DNA from: Salisapilia sapeloensis CBS 127946
Taxonomy: Eukaryota > Protista > Oomycota
Direction of reading: 5' to 3'
Assembly (NCBI GenBank): GCA_023334545.1
Contig: JAADVB010000045.1
Coordinates: 32,173 to 96,172, forward strand
DNA: 64,000 nucleotides
The notes below the pieces were generated by a model that saw only the letters and a program-made list of their open reading frames with translations, had not been told where the DNA came from and ran no database searches. The position numbers and the translations under genes were made by a program. Of the stretch, positions 44,316 to 58,289 are shown piece by piece. How positions within the stretch are numbered: the stretch's first letter is position 1; each line of letters begins with the position of its first letter.

Positions 44316-47300
44316 ATGGCAGATCCTCGACCTCGACTGGTACCCTCCACATCCCTCATCTTGTTCTCTTATCCTCACCCGTTTGCATTAGAGACCTAGT
44401 GAGGTGCTGCATGCGTTTGCAATCGCTAAGGAGAACGCAGCCAAGAGAGGATCCAAGATCATCGGTTTTATCAACACAGAGGACCATACGTCCAACGTGA
44501 ACAGTAGTGTACCGATAGACTGTCCTCTATTCGAAGCGTTACCAAACGAAGTCTGGATTGAAGACTACACGCCATTCCATCCGCACAAGACCAAGCTGTC
44601 GTTTCGGAATCGAGATAAAGTCACCCGGAGACTCATGTTAGAGCCTCCAGCCTCTCCTTTCTTCAAAGTGCTATCTCATGGCAGTGTGAATAAAGTAGAT
44701 GGTAGAGTAGCTGCCGGTATGGTCTTAACTTTCCAACTCGAGTTCTATCCGCAAGAGGTAGATGACTACGCCGTTGACATCATCTGCTGCACGGAGCGAG
44801 AGAGGTTCGTGCTGCCGGTGAGAGCAAGAGGCAAGTTTGCAGCACTCGATATCCCGGACGAAGTCACGTTCGACTCTTGTCCTGTGAAGACGAGTGTCCA
44901 AAAAGCCTTCTCTGTGCGCAATGTCGGCTCGAAACTCGGTAAATTTACGTTCCAGCCAAGTGCGTTCTTCTCGATACACCCCACAAGCATCCAGCTTCCT
45001 CATGGTGAAGCTACTCAGCTCGTCATGACCTTTGAACCACGGACACTGGATGATGAGAATGGAGAAATGATTATAGTAGATGATAGCGGACAAGAGTGTA
45101 TTGTTCGATTAAGAGGAGATGTCGAGACAGTGCCTATCTACCTCAGCCATCCACTTGTCGAGTCCAAACGGACGTACACTTCTCTGACATCTCGAAAGAC
45201 CATTCGGATATGTAATGAAAGCGAGTATGCTCTAGAGTACTCGTGGAAGGCATTTGCAGAATTGAGAGGAGAAGAGAATGAGCGTCATCGTCTACTGAAT
45301 GAACTGAGTCACATGGAGCAGCTAGAAATGGAGCAAGCTCAAAAGGAACATGCCGATGACAATGCGCTCATGGCGATCATGAAAGCGCTGGAAACAAAAT
45401 ACAGGTACCTTCGTAAAGCAGTTGCAGAAGACGAGATGCAATTCGCTAGTGACGCCTTCTCCATCTCACCCATGTCCGGCAAGATCTTTCCACACGCAGA
45501 AGTCGCTGTCACGGTCGCTTTCTTCCCCACAACCGCACTTCGCTACAGTACCTCTGCCTTCTTGGACGTCGGTGGACAAGAGATGCGTCTACCTCTTCAG
45601 ATACGAGGTCTCGGAATCGGACCGAAGGCAAAAGTCATTTACAATGAGCTACTCGATTTTGGTGATATCTTCGTCAGTGACTCTCGAACGCTCGACTTTA
45701 CAATCCAGAACAAGGGAGAGATCCCAGCTCAGTACGAACTGGATCGTATCTCCCTACCGGAAGGCACTACCATTGAAGTGACACCCAGCAGTGGGACGTT
45801 ATTCGTGTCGGAGACTCAGAAGATCGACTTGACGTTCAGCTCGTGTAACCTAGGTGAAGCCTTGCACCACATCCACTTCCATCTCGAAGGGTCTGAAGAT
45901 GCGATGGAAGTGAGGGTAAAGGCGAATGTGGTCCCTCCAGTGCTTCACTTTGATGTCGATCAGCTTGACTTTGGAGCTATCTCGTACTCATTCTCTCGAA
46001 CAAAAGACCTGCAGCTCGTCAATGCATCCAAAATCGGTGTCACGTTCTCTCTTTGTATTCCAGAAGAAGCCAACTACAGAGCGAAAGAGTTTGAGATCAC
46101 ACCTTCCAGCGGACGACTGGAGCCATACGGGAGCCTCCCGATCACCGTGACATTGACTGCTTTTAGTGTCCGGACATTTGACTACCGGCTCGTGGTCAAT
46201 GTTATGGGTGTCGGGTCCGAACTCATCAGCATCCCTGTGAAAGGAACTTGTCAAGTCCCGGACGTCGTCATTCGCGAACCAGAGCTAGACTTTGACCTTT
46301 GCTACCTACGATATCCACACAAGCAAACGTTTGTGATTGAAAACACGTCTGCTAATCTCCAAGCGAGGTACGACGTCGGAGAGCAAGACGACCACTCTCG
46401 AGTGATCGCTAGCTACAGCACAAGCGAAACGGGTGGAGTGATTTCACCAAAGCAAAGTATCTCTATTGACGTTTACTTGCGGTGTGAAAAGATTGGGAAT
46501 ATTCGACTTCCGCTACTTATCAATGTCGCTGGAAGTACTGATCTCCCGCTTGCTCTGACGCTAAGTGCAGTTGGCAGTGGACCCAAGGTGGAAGTGGATC
46601 AGTCGGAGATCCATTGGGGGAATGCCTCTTGTCTCGTAGATCATCCACGACAGCTTTCTCTGTACAACAAGTCGTTGATCCCAGCATACTTCAAGACGCT
46701 CATCCGGAACCCTCGATCGAAGTTTCAGATCGATCAAAAGGAGGGTGTCGTTCCTCCTGGTGAGTCCACTACTTTTACTTTAATTGCGAATTTGGATGAC
46801 ACGATCCTCTTCAAGGATCAGCTCCACATTTTGATCGATGAAGGAGACAACATCGTCGTCCCTCTGTCGATCAAAGGCACAGGCACGACAATGTGGTGTC
46901 CAAGCGAACTCCAGACCGTCGACTTTGGCTTCCAAATGACTGCGATCGAGTGTGAATGGAGCTGTACGTTAGAGAACAAAGGTAAGCGGTCACAAACCAT
47001 CACGTGGATCAACAAGAGCGCTGAGAAAGCAAAAATGGTGGCAGCTGCTGCAGCACGAAGAGGAGATGATAAAGCGCAAAAACCACGAAGTAAGAGCAAT
47101 GGGAATGGAAGAAAGAGGAAGGCAGGTGGAAACCAGCAAGAAGGCGAAGCATCTATCAGTTTAACGCCAGTGTTCTCTGTCTTCCCAGGGTCTGTAGAAC
47201 TCAAGCCACGCACGGCCTGTGTCTTTGTATTCAAAGGTCTTTCCTTGCACTCAGGTGAGATGGAGGAAGAGCTCGTTTGCGAGACGCGAGTGGGGAAAGA

Positions 47301-50300
47301 AAAGAACTCCAAGGTCGCTTTTGCGACGAAAGCGAGAGGTAGCTTTATCATTCCAAAAATCACTCCTTCCTCACCGCTGCTGCGATACGAATACACGCAT
47401 GTACCAGGAGAAGAGATCTTCCCTCAATCCCAATCGCTAACACTCACCAACACATGTGCGCTACCAATCTCCTTTACGCTGAAAACCCAAGCTCCATTCG
47501 CATTGGACTCGTGGGAAGCGGCGTTAGAACCGAATGAGTCTATGTGTCTAAGCGTAGAGTTCCATCCTGGACACAAGAATGATCAGACTTGCCGCATTCT
47601 CAACGGCAAGGTCATGGTGGCCTACACAAACCATCCGCAAAAGGATACTATCGATCTCGTTGGCGACATTAGCTTCCCCAACCTCTCATTCGAGATCACC
47701 AAGATCGACTTCGGATGCGTCCTCAACGACACGCAAAAGTCCATCTTTGTATCAGCGACCAACGTGTCTCGAGTGGATACGACCTATCGGTGGGTCTTCA
47801 TTGAAAACGAAAAGGAAGTTGGGACGAAGAAAGCTCACATCCCGGTCAACCGAGTGTTTGATATCTTACCCACGAGAGGGGTGCTCAAGCCTGGAGAGAG
47901 TGAAAAGATCGAAGTCGTCTTCTTCGGCCATGCCAATCGAAAGTTTAGAAACATAGTCGTTTGTGAAGTAGAAGGTGGACCAGAGTATGAGCTAGTATTA
48001 TCTGGTGAAGCGTCGTCGCTGGTATATAAACTGGACAAGCACAGTCTAGACTTTGGTTCCATCCTCTTTGACAAGGTGGAGGAACGAGACGTTACGATCC
48101 AAAACACTGGTAAAGTAGCTCTTGCATTTAGTATTTCCGTTGAAAAGCTCGGATGCGGTCGATTCATCGACATCGTTCCAGCAAGTGGGAAAATGGCGCC
48201 TGGAGAGAAGCAGCGCATCGTAGTTCGTTTGCGACCTGGTATCCCGGAGAAATTTACTGAGACGCTGATCTTTGAAATCGCTCATTTCCAGCCGTTCGAG
48301 TTCATGGTCTTTGGGAACGGAACGTTCTCCTCCGTCTCGACCAACTTGCCTAGAGAGGCACATACTGCATGTAGCGTTCAAGGCTTGCAGCCAGTCTGGA
48401 AGGAGATGAAGGCAAGAGCGAAAGACAGGCTCATTGCATCCTTATCTTCTCTATCAGATAACTCTGTGCACAAGCCAATAGACAGTAAGGTGGGAGGCAT
48501 GGGCCACAACGGAGCGGATAGAAACGCTGTCCCACCTTCTGTTGCGGGTTCTCCAACCAAGTCCATGTATCGAGGTACAAGCCAGGGCAGTCCAAAGAAA
48601 GGTGAAGTGTCTCTATTCGACGATGTTGACGTCGAGATGGAGGCTTGCAGGCGGTTCTTTGCAGAGTACTTGACTGCAGAGAGCGCTAACAAACAAAAGC
48701 CTCAAGAAACCGACAATGGTGGAGTGCGTAACAAAGACCGAAAAGTGAGTAAGAAAGAGTCTTTGGCTAGTATTAAGCAGATGAAGATGTCTAAGGAGAA
48801 CTTAGTGGAAACCCTGCCTTTCCTCTTGTCTCACTTTGTCTTGGACTTTGGCAGCATCGTACTTGGCTCTCACAAAGTCAGAAAGTTTAGTGTTACGAAT
48901 TTGAGCCGCGTCCCAGCTTCCTTCCAGCTTGATAAGAACCTCGCAGCAGCAGGAGGTTTTCAGATTGAACCCGAGCGTGTCGTTCGACTTCCTGAGAAAC
49001 AGTCGATCGAATTCACAGTAACGTTCCAGGCGAAGAAGACTTTGCCCATGGGTCCACGTGAAACGCAGCTCCCTATCATCGTCAAGAATGGTCCTCCATG
49101 CGTCGTCACGATCCGCGCTATCGTGACTGTCCCGGACGTTACGCTCTCAGTCGATACGTTTGACTTTGGCAAGATGGCTGTCGGGACTTGCCATTCCATG
49201 TTCACACAGCTCCATAATCCTTCCATCGTCCCTGCCGAGTGGTCCATCAAGAAACCCATGGGCTCTACCAAAGACCTATCGTTCTTCCACATGTCCCCAC
49301 TTAGTGGATCCCTCGCTCCAGGAGATAAAGTGAACGTTCAAATTGATTTCGTGCCTAATGAAAGTCGATCCTTCTCTCTTAAGGTTCCTGTCAAAGTGGT
49401 GGATAATCCCAAGACACGATCCATTGTCTGCAGAGGAGAGGGTTCTGAGTTGCGTATATCCTTCGATCCACCTCTACTGGACTTTGGACCGTTGTTGCCT
49501 TGTGTCGAATGTGAAGAGAGAGTTACGACGATTCAGAACGACTCGGAGTACCCGGTGGAAATCTTTTCATTAGATTTTGACAAGGAATATGAGCTAGCTG
49601 ATCAATTACTACGCGACGCGAATGGTTATAACAATGATGGCCTATTGCATCTGCCGATTCGTCCTCCTGGGAAGAGCATGCAGGACTATTTACTCGAGAA
49701 TGGATTGATTACTCTCGTGGATACAAATGCGATGGAAGGAGCAGGCGACTTGACGGAAGGTGGGACGAGAGAAGACAGTCGCTCTGGAGTGGACTATGTC
49801 GTCTTAGGTCCTCCGAAGTGTGGCGTGACGACACAGGCAGAGCTATTAGCTCAGAAGGAAGGACTGACGTTATGGTCTATCGATGAGGCCATCAAAGGAG
49901 CGTGTTCAAGCGAAAGTGTGCTTGGCAATGAACTGCGTATTGCCCTCGGCCTTGCACCAGACGCAGACAAGGAAGAAAATGAAGACGTTACAGAGGGCAC
50001 AGATCCAATGACCAACCACGGTTCGGACAAAATTGAGATGGAGAAGTCTGTCCGTGATACTCATCAGTCGGATGCACCTGCAACCGATATGAATACGCAG
50101 AAACCTTCCGACAAAATTTCTTCCGATGTAGAAACTAATCCCTTTACGCCCTATCTTGACCGTATCATTCGATGGCGCTTGGAACAACCTGACATGCGGT
50201 GTGGAAGCGTGTTGGATGGATTCAATAGTGCTTATGTGCCGACAGAAGCAGTGCTTAAAGCATGCCAACGTATTCTTCTATCCACACGTATCATTCGACT

Positions 50301-53300
50301 CGTGATGGATGACGAAACCTATGCTGCATTGCATGGAAACTTGGAGATGAGCGTGAAATATGAGCCACTAGAAGTGCCAAAGTCTTTGGTGTCTCCTTCC
50401 GTCGAGTCCATCCATTCCACAGTTGAAGAGCCTGCGAATGATGTCCATGTTGATGATGCCGAAGTAGAGATCGATCCAAGCAACCAGAGTGCTGTAGAAT
50501 CCGATGAAGTGGATAATGATCCCCATGAAGCCTCGCAGGAAGTACCTCAGGAGACAGAAGTCGAGGAGTCTGAACCTGTAGAGCAAGAGACACAAAAGGT
50601 AGAAATTACTCAAGAAGATATCGACAAGTACATGGAGTCAGCTGCACGAATATCAAGTATTTCGATTGAAGAGTATCGTCAGATGGAAGCGACGTACAAA
50701 TCACAGATCATGGACGTCTTCTATCGTTCATCTCAACCCATAGTCAATGCAGAAAATCCTTCACCAACTACTTCCAACCAAGAAGATGACTCTTCCAATG
50801 AAGCGAACATGACGCACGATCATTTCTTCCTAGACATTCCGATCCTAGCTGCTGAACCTTCACTCGCCTTACACAACGCCGTCTGGTCTGCTATCGACCA
50901 TTTCATCCACGCACTCGAGAATGACAAGATGACTGTACCACCAGCTAAAAAGGTTCAGATCTTTCGTCGACCTATGCAGCGATACACGCGAAAGCCAACA
51001 AAGTATTTCTCCTTCAAGTCTTCACAACCACAGGAACTACCAGTTCCAGACACCACAGAAGAAACAGAGGTCACAGGAGAGCCAACTGATGGCGATGAAG
51101 GTAGCGTCGATGAAAAGCCCTCGGAGGTTGTTCCATCCACTCCACCAATCCCGACGCGTTGGGTCCTGCAACCACATGAATCGACAGAAGTGATCGTCCA
51201 ATTCGCAGCACAAAGACCTGGTTCGTTTGACGCTGCTCTTGGCTTTGAGATCGTAGGTCTTCAACGCGAATTCTCCTTGCTCTGTCGTGGCGTGAGTGCT
51301 GTGCCGATGATCAACTCGGACTGTCGAAACGTCTTTATGCATCGAGTGAAGCATTGTCCCGAAGGAGCGTTCGTCAAAAAGAAGTTTGTCATGTCCAAAA
51401 ACCAATTCGAGTTCGGTCCTCTCATCCTTGACAACAGCATCTCGACGCCGGAGAGCAAAGAAGAGTTCGAGTCCAGTGTGAAGCTCTATCCAGATAATGT
51501 GGAAACCTTCCGGCTTAGTAACTTGGCACGAGCACCTCTACAGGTTCATCTGTCGTTTAAAGAGAACGAGTCGAGCATGTTTGCTATTCACCCATCGACA
51601 CTAGTCATCGGAGAAGGAGATACGAGTAATGTATTGGTATGGTCGAATCCAACGGCTGAAGGCTTGCATACCAACGCTCTCATCGTGTGTGTGGAGGACA
51701 ACCCAGAGCCAGTTGTCTTTGACATCACTTGCTACGGATGCCTACCATCGCTCGAGCTAGGAGGTGGACTCACGCCTGCTTCCAGTCTCATGGAAGAAGA
51801 AGCTCTTCGTCCAACGTCACCTAAGGCCGGACGAGAACCTGCATCTACTCGAAATGGCAAACAGGAGGTAGCCACCACACCCGCCGAGTCACCTGTTCTC
51901 GATGCACTCTCACTCGACTTTGGTCAGCTCCTACTCGGTCGAGAGTCTGATAAACACTTTGACCTTCAAAACACTTCCGCCTTGCCTGTCAAGTGGCGAA
52001 TCATGACGCAAGATCTACCGGAATCCTTCCGTCTATTCCCTCTGGAAGGCGTCGTCAAACCCATGCAAAAAGACACGATTGTCGCCATGTTCTCATCTTT
52101 GACCGAAGTGAAGCACAAGTACGAGCTCTCGATAGAGTACTCGGATGCAAGTAGTGATCTGCAAAACCCAGATCGAGTGCAGACACTGTCCCTCTTCTTG
52201 GAAGCAGAGGCCTACAAGGTAGATGTCCGATCGTTCCATACGTCAGAAGAAGCAAAGGACCAAGCGTCTGCATCGGGAAGAGCTCACGATGGGTCGCTCG
52301 ACTTTGGTCTTGTGCGTGTCGGAGAAGCTCATGTGCGGTCGTTCCCGATTGAAAACCGAGGCAAGTACGACGTCAAGTACATCCTATCGATCCGAACAGT
52401 TTCGTCTCGAAAGGTATTCACGATCGAGCCAAGCGAAACGATACTAGGACCGAACGAAAGCGCAGAGATAAACGTGACTTTCCAATCCGATGCCGAAGTC
52501 GTGCTACGAGATTGTAAGGACCTACGCTGCTCTGTCATGGAAATGAAGTCAGGAGAAGTGTGCCAAGACTTTATCATCTTCACTTCCGTCCGAGCCGTCT
52601 TTAGCGTCCTTCGCGTCCAGCCCAGTCGCGGCGTCAACTTTGGTCCGCTCAAGTACAGCGACCAGCCGAAAGTCAAGCAGATCGAGATCCGGAACGAAGG
52701 TGAATTTGTGTTTAAATACCGTCTACGTCCATTTTCAGACGAAGCAGAGGATGCACTTACACTCGAAACAGAGCTCCAGCCTAATACGTTGACAGTTGGG
52801 CAGTTTACGATCTCTCCTGACTGTGGTAGCATCGACCCTGGAGTGTCTGCTACTATCGACATCGCATTCACTCCTCTCGACTGCGCCATCTACCGACAGA
52901 TCATCCAGGTGGAAGTGTCTGGTCAGAACCCCACAAGCGCTTTAGGACAAGAGCTGCTGCATTATGAATTAATCGGAGAAAGCTGCTACCCTTCCATCAA
53001 CACAAATGACTACGACAGTATCTTTGAAGAGCAGATCGTCGTGCGCTCTTTAGCCGAGAACTCTGGTATGGACACGAAGCAGGCAGAGAACGGTCTTAGT
53101 CAAGCGATGTGGCACATGGTTTTGTTTGCCGAGACAGAGAAAGTGTTTTCATTTGGTGCGATCATTGCCGTCGCGAATACAAAAGGCGTGATGGAGCGAT
53201 TCAAGATCTCCAATCCGACCAAAGTCCCCACGACAGTCGATTTCCAGATACTCCCGACACCTAGTGGTGGTAGCAATGATGCTGGAGCAACGAAAGCACA

Positions 53301-56300
53301 GGAAATGATCCTCCAAGCGTTTGTTATTCAGCCGACTACGTGGGAGATCCCACCACTAGAGTACCGATATGTAAATGTGTACTTCCGACCGTCGGCTATT
53401 CTATCCTACCGAGCTCTCTTCTCAGCTCAGGTTGCTGGAGGTCCAGATACCTTGCCGACAGAAGACAAGCTTCTATCGTTTGAAGTGAGAGGAGAAGGCA
53501 CAATGCCTTGCGTCACAGTCATCACTCCAATCGAACGTGATGCTGCTGGAGCCATCCCACTAGACTTTGGCAACGTCCGTGTGTCCAAGACCAAGACACA
53601 GTCTGTTGTGATACGAAACGATGGACTACTGCCTGCGACGGTGCTCTTCTGGATGCCGAAGAACGCCAACTTTATCTTTGCAGCAGGCAATAGCTCCATG
53701 GTTCTAGCGCCAGCAACATCCGAGACGCTCGAGATTCAGTTCAAGCCACGCAGAGTACACAGTGAGCCGAGCAAGTCGGTGCTCAAGATCAGTGTTCAGA
53801 ACAATCCCTTCGACGAAACAGTAGTCACGTTGACAGGATCTGGATACAACGAAGACGTTGTGTTCGAAGAGCTGCCAATGGATCACATAGATGAGCTTCA
53901 TTTCGGTCACTTGGTGCTGCCAAAGACAAGTGAAGAGGAGGAAACGCCAGTAGAGCCAACACAGACACAGCAGATCTTTTCTATTTCCAACACTTGCTCC
54001 TCGACCGTCCGGTTCGAGTGGTCAAGTCCATCGCCTTTTACATTTTCTCCAGCACTTGGTCACCTCCCTCCGCACTCGAGTAAAGCTATCACAGCAACGT
54101 TCATTACCTCGGAGCCAATCGTGTGTACAGACATTGCAGCGACACTAAACACGCAGACGATCGAGTACCCTGCAGACGAGGAACAGGCTGCAGACGGATG
54201 GGATGATCTATCTCGCGTCGTGTCTTTCGATGGCGACGACAGTAACACTGCAGAGGAAACGACATCACCGGAACCAACGTACGAAGCGATCGGTTCTCCA
54301 TCGTCTTCTACGCTCAAGTGCTTTGCCAATGCGGACACTCCGACATTCAAGTGTGAAACGACAGTCGTCCTCTTTAAACAAGCGTTCATGCTCCAAGTCT
54401 ATACGCACACGATCTCCATTCGTAACAGTAGCAAGATAGATCTAGAGTTCTCTTGGCGATGGGAAGCAGCATATGACGCTCTTCTCGTTCTCGATGAAGA
54501 CTTCCCCTTTGACATATCTCCATCCTCCGGTACTATCCATCCAGACCAGGAACAGTCATTCGTCATCAAATTCGCTCCTGTAGAAGTGAATGAAACACAC
54601 TGCACGCTCTTCTTCGACATACTCGGCTCAAGCGATGAATCACTCTTCCATCGCATACACGTTCGAGGCAGCTCCCTCCGTCCAGCCTGCCACTTTGACC
54701 TGGAACGCAGTGATTACCCGCAGCATCGTGCACCACATCTCCCTGGCCCAACAGGTGAGATCGGACCACTGGACTCTTCTATCCGGATCATTGAGATGGA
54801 ATCCCTTGGCGTTCGTGTCAAAAACACGCGTCGATTCTACGTCGTGAACCCTACGAACGTATCGTACGAGTTCTCTTGGACACCTGAAGGAGAAGTCAAC
54901 TCGAGCTTCCGATGCGTCACACCCAGAGGTCTCATGCTCGGAGGGAAACGATGCGAAATGGTCTTCGAGTTCATTCCTCAGCAGCTATCGATTCAAGAAA
55001 TGTTCTATCGCTTCCGTATTCCTCACTTCCAAATCAACCAGCTCTTCCTAGTCGTTGGGAAAACTACTGAGCCTCGAGTCATGTTGGATCGTGGTAACCT
55101 CAACTTTAATTCGCTCTTGCTAGGGTCCAAAGCAACGCAGAGCTTGACGCTTGTCAACCAAGAGCATCTTCCGTTCCACTTTGTCTTTGATAAGTCATCT
55201 CTGGACTTTGCAGGGGAAGCTCCAGCGTTGCTGGTGCATCCGTTGAGTGGTGTCGTACCACCGAATGGACGCTGTAGCATCGGCATTGAGTTCATGCCGA
55301 CAGAAGAAAAGCAGTACAACTTTAACGTGAACTGTATCGTCAAGCGAAAACCTACTCGACTCTCGCTTAACGTCAAAGGAGAGGGCTATGCTGTCCATGA
55401 CTCTCTGCGTATCCTCTCAACCGACAGAGAAGACAGCACGGATGTTGTATATGGGGCTGACAACGTACTCGACTTTGGTGTCGTGCCTGTGAACGAAATG
55501 TGCGTCCGGTCGATCGAGATCCAGAACGGAGGCAAGTTTAATTTCGACTTCAGTTGGAACGAAGCTAGGCTTCCTAGCGCTCTGTCCATCGACCCAACCC
55601 AAGGGACAGTCAAGAAGACAGGCACCACAATCTGTGAAGTTCGCTTCAGTCCGACCGCACAGACGTCCCTCGATGGCGCCCAACTCATCTGCACCATCGC
55701 TGGCCATCGCAACTATACATTCCACCTACGTGGCTCTGGTGTCCCACCTTCCTTGCATCTCTCCTTCTCCCACCACGACTTTGGCTCGTGCTTTATCGCA
55801 GAGCCGAATGCCAATCCTATCACTCAGACAACAGCTCTGACGATTGTGAATATGGACTTGGAAATGTCTGTAGACCTAGACTGTACGTTTGAGAATAAGC
55901 CCCACTTACGTGTCGAGTGTCCGCCGACAGTACTCGGTCCAAGAGATAGCGTCAACGTTCCAATAACCTTTATAGCGAGACAAGAAGCAGAGTATCTAGA
56001 AGCAGTCATGTTTGTCGTGAATGGAACGACGACGATGAGCGTCACCATTCGAGGCGAAGGCGTTGTGCCAAAGGTAGATCTCGTAAACAGCGCCATGCAG
56101 AATGTCGCATTTGGAAACGTTCCTGTCGGCCAGCAAGTCACTCGGACCATTCGTCTCATCAATCGAAGCAAACGCACAGCAGACATCGAGGTCTCTGGTA
56201 GTCCCTCTGCATCCGGATTATCCGTACTCGACAGCATCGGTGTCGCTGTCTTACCACAGCACGAGGTGAGCTTACGACCGAAGGAGACGATGGATCTAGA

Positions 56301-58272
56301 AGCTCGCTTTACTCCGACAGAAAGAGTGCCTATGTTTGACGAAAGTGTTTTCATCCGCGTAGCTGGTAGTACAAAGCGCTTATTCACAGTGTCTGGAAGT
56401 AGCCAAGGCATGGACGTATCTCTCGAAGCAGATCTCATATCCTTCGGAACTGTCTGTCTCGGCAGTCAGCTCGTGCGTCAGGTGCGAATGCAGAATAGAG
56501 GAGACTTGCCGGCGAAATACCGCTGGAACTCGATATCCTTCGCGCCAGACTTTTCCATCTCACCTGCAGATGGTACCGTCATGCCCAACAGCCACAAGAC
56601 GTTCGACATTGTCCTTAAGCCACAGACAGTCAATCCAGACATTCGATATAACAACCTCTTGTGTACCATCGACGGGCAAGTTTCTCCTCTAAAGATATCG
56701 CTCACTGCTTCTTGCATCGAGCAAGACGTTCAGTCGATCCAAGAAGTCCGATTCGATGCAAAGGTCCGAGAAGAATCGACAGAGAAGATCATTCTGGACA
56801 ATCCGAGCGATATGTCGTGGAACCTCGTGCCGGTTGTGCAGGGAGAGTACTGGAGGTGCGTCCACAGTATCGCCGTTCCAGCCAAAGGGTCAGCTACGCT
56901 TGAAGTCATCTACCAGCCACTCCGGATGACGAGTCAGAATGAGTCGGATGATGAAGCGTATAACCGACCAGCAGAGCATGTAGGCTCCATCTTCTTTGCC
57001 ATACCGGACGGAAGTGCTCGTAGGTATAATCTCATCGGTGTCGCACGTCCGCCGGACACTGCTGGAAGTCTCAGCATGAGCACCCCGGCGAAAAAGCCTC
57101 TGGCCATTGCGATTCCGGTGAAGAATTGGCTCAAGAGTGCCCAGTCGTTCAGCGTGGACATTGAAAAGCCACCTCCAGAGGAAGGAGTAGTTGCACAAGG
57201 ACCGTCAGTGCTTACAGTTCAAGGCAGTTCGCAACGGAACTACGTCCTCAAGTTCCAGTGTTATGTAGAGAAACAAGTGGCCTTACAAGTTCGTTTCGTG
57301 AATGCCGAGACAGGAGAATATGTTGTCTGTCAAGTGAATGTGGAGGTAACACAGGCGATGGAAGTCGATACATTGTCCTTTGATGCTCCTGTCCGACAGT
57401 CTGTGAAGAAGATCATTACGATTGAAAACCCTCTTCCGGACACCTGCGACGTCAACTTTGCGAATGGTGAAAACTGGTGGAAGTGTACGCATCCTACGGT
57501 GCGAGTGTCGGAGTTACGCAGTATGTCTCGACGACCAGAAGGTAGCTACGAAGTCGAGTTCCGGCCTATATTGTATTCGGCTGACGTACAAGAAGCTGAG
57601 CTCACGATATCTTTCCAAGAACTTGGAGACTACACGTACAAGCTACTGCTAAAGACGCAACCTGCATCCACAGACCGGACACTTACGTTCTCTGCACCTC
57701 TGGGCGGTCGAGACACACAGACGTTTACCTTCACCAGCTACTCTTCGACTGCAGACGATCTCGCTTGCTCTGTCTCTCCCAACCAATTCTTCAGTACTCC
57801 TGCATCATGTCGAGTGGAGGGGTCTACTGACTGGGACGGTCGAGAATCCTCTGTTCAGATTCAGTTCGAACCGGAAGCACTAGGAGAAGTCCACGACACG
57901 CTGACTGTTCGCTCTGATCGTGTTGGTGAGTTCAAGTGTGCTCTCATTGGCCATGCAACAGCCCCACTCCCGAGAGGTCCATTCGTCTTCTCTGGTAGTC
58001 ACGAAGTATCGTTCCGGAACGTCTATTCATCCGCGACAAACTTTGTTTGCTCCGTGGACAACCCGCGCTTCGTTCTCTCAGCTAAGAGTCTGTCGATTCC
58101 AGCGAAAGCATCCAAGAGTGTCAACGTCAAGTACGATCGATCCATCACGGTGGAGGGGCAAGAGAAGTCTGGACCGACTGCTGGTGGGGATACGTGCAAG
58201 CTCTTTATCTCTTGTCCGGAGAAAGAGAACACACCGACATGGATCTACTACCTTCAATCGCCAGAATCATAA
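44316..58272 (+). CDS. HYDIN: Hydin, flagellar central-pair protein (short first exon, intron 44340-44391)
   Basis: More than 4600 aa; MADPRPRLRPSEVL start; CCTERERFVLPVRARG..LDIPD.V.F..CPVK; many ASH/Ig-like repeats (LDFG..NxG); central adenylate-kinase-like domain. Confidence 0.96.
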
Positions 58273-58289
58273 CGAGAATAGAAATTGTA

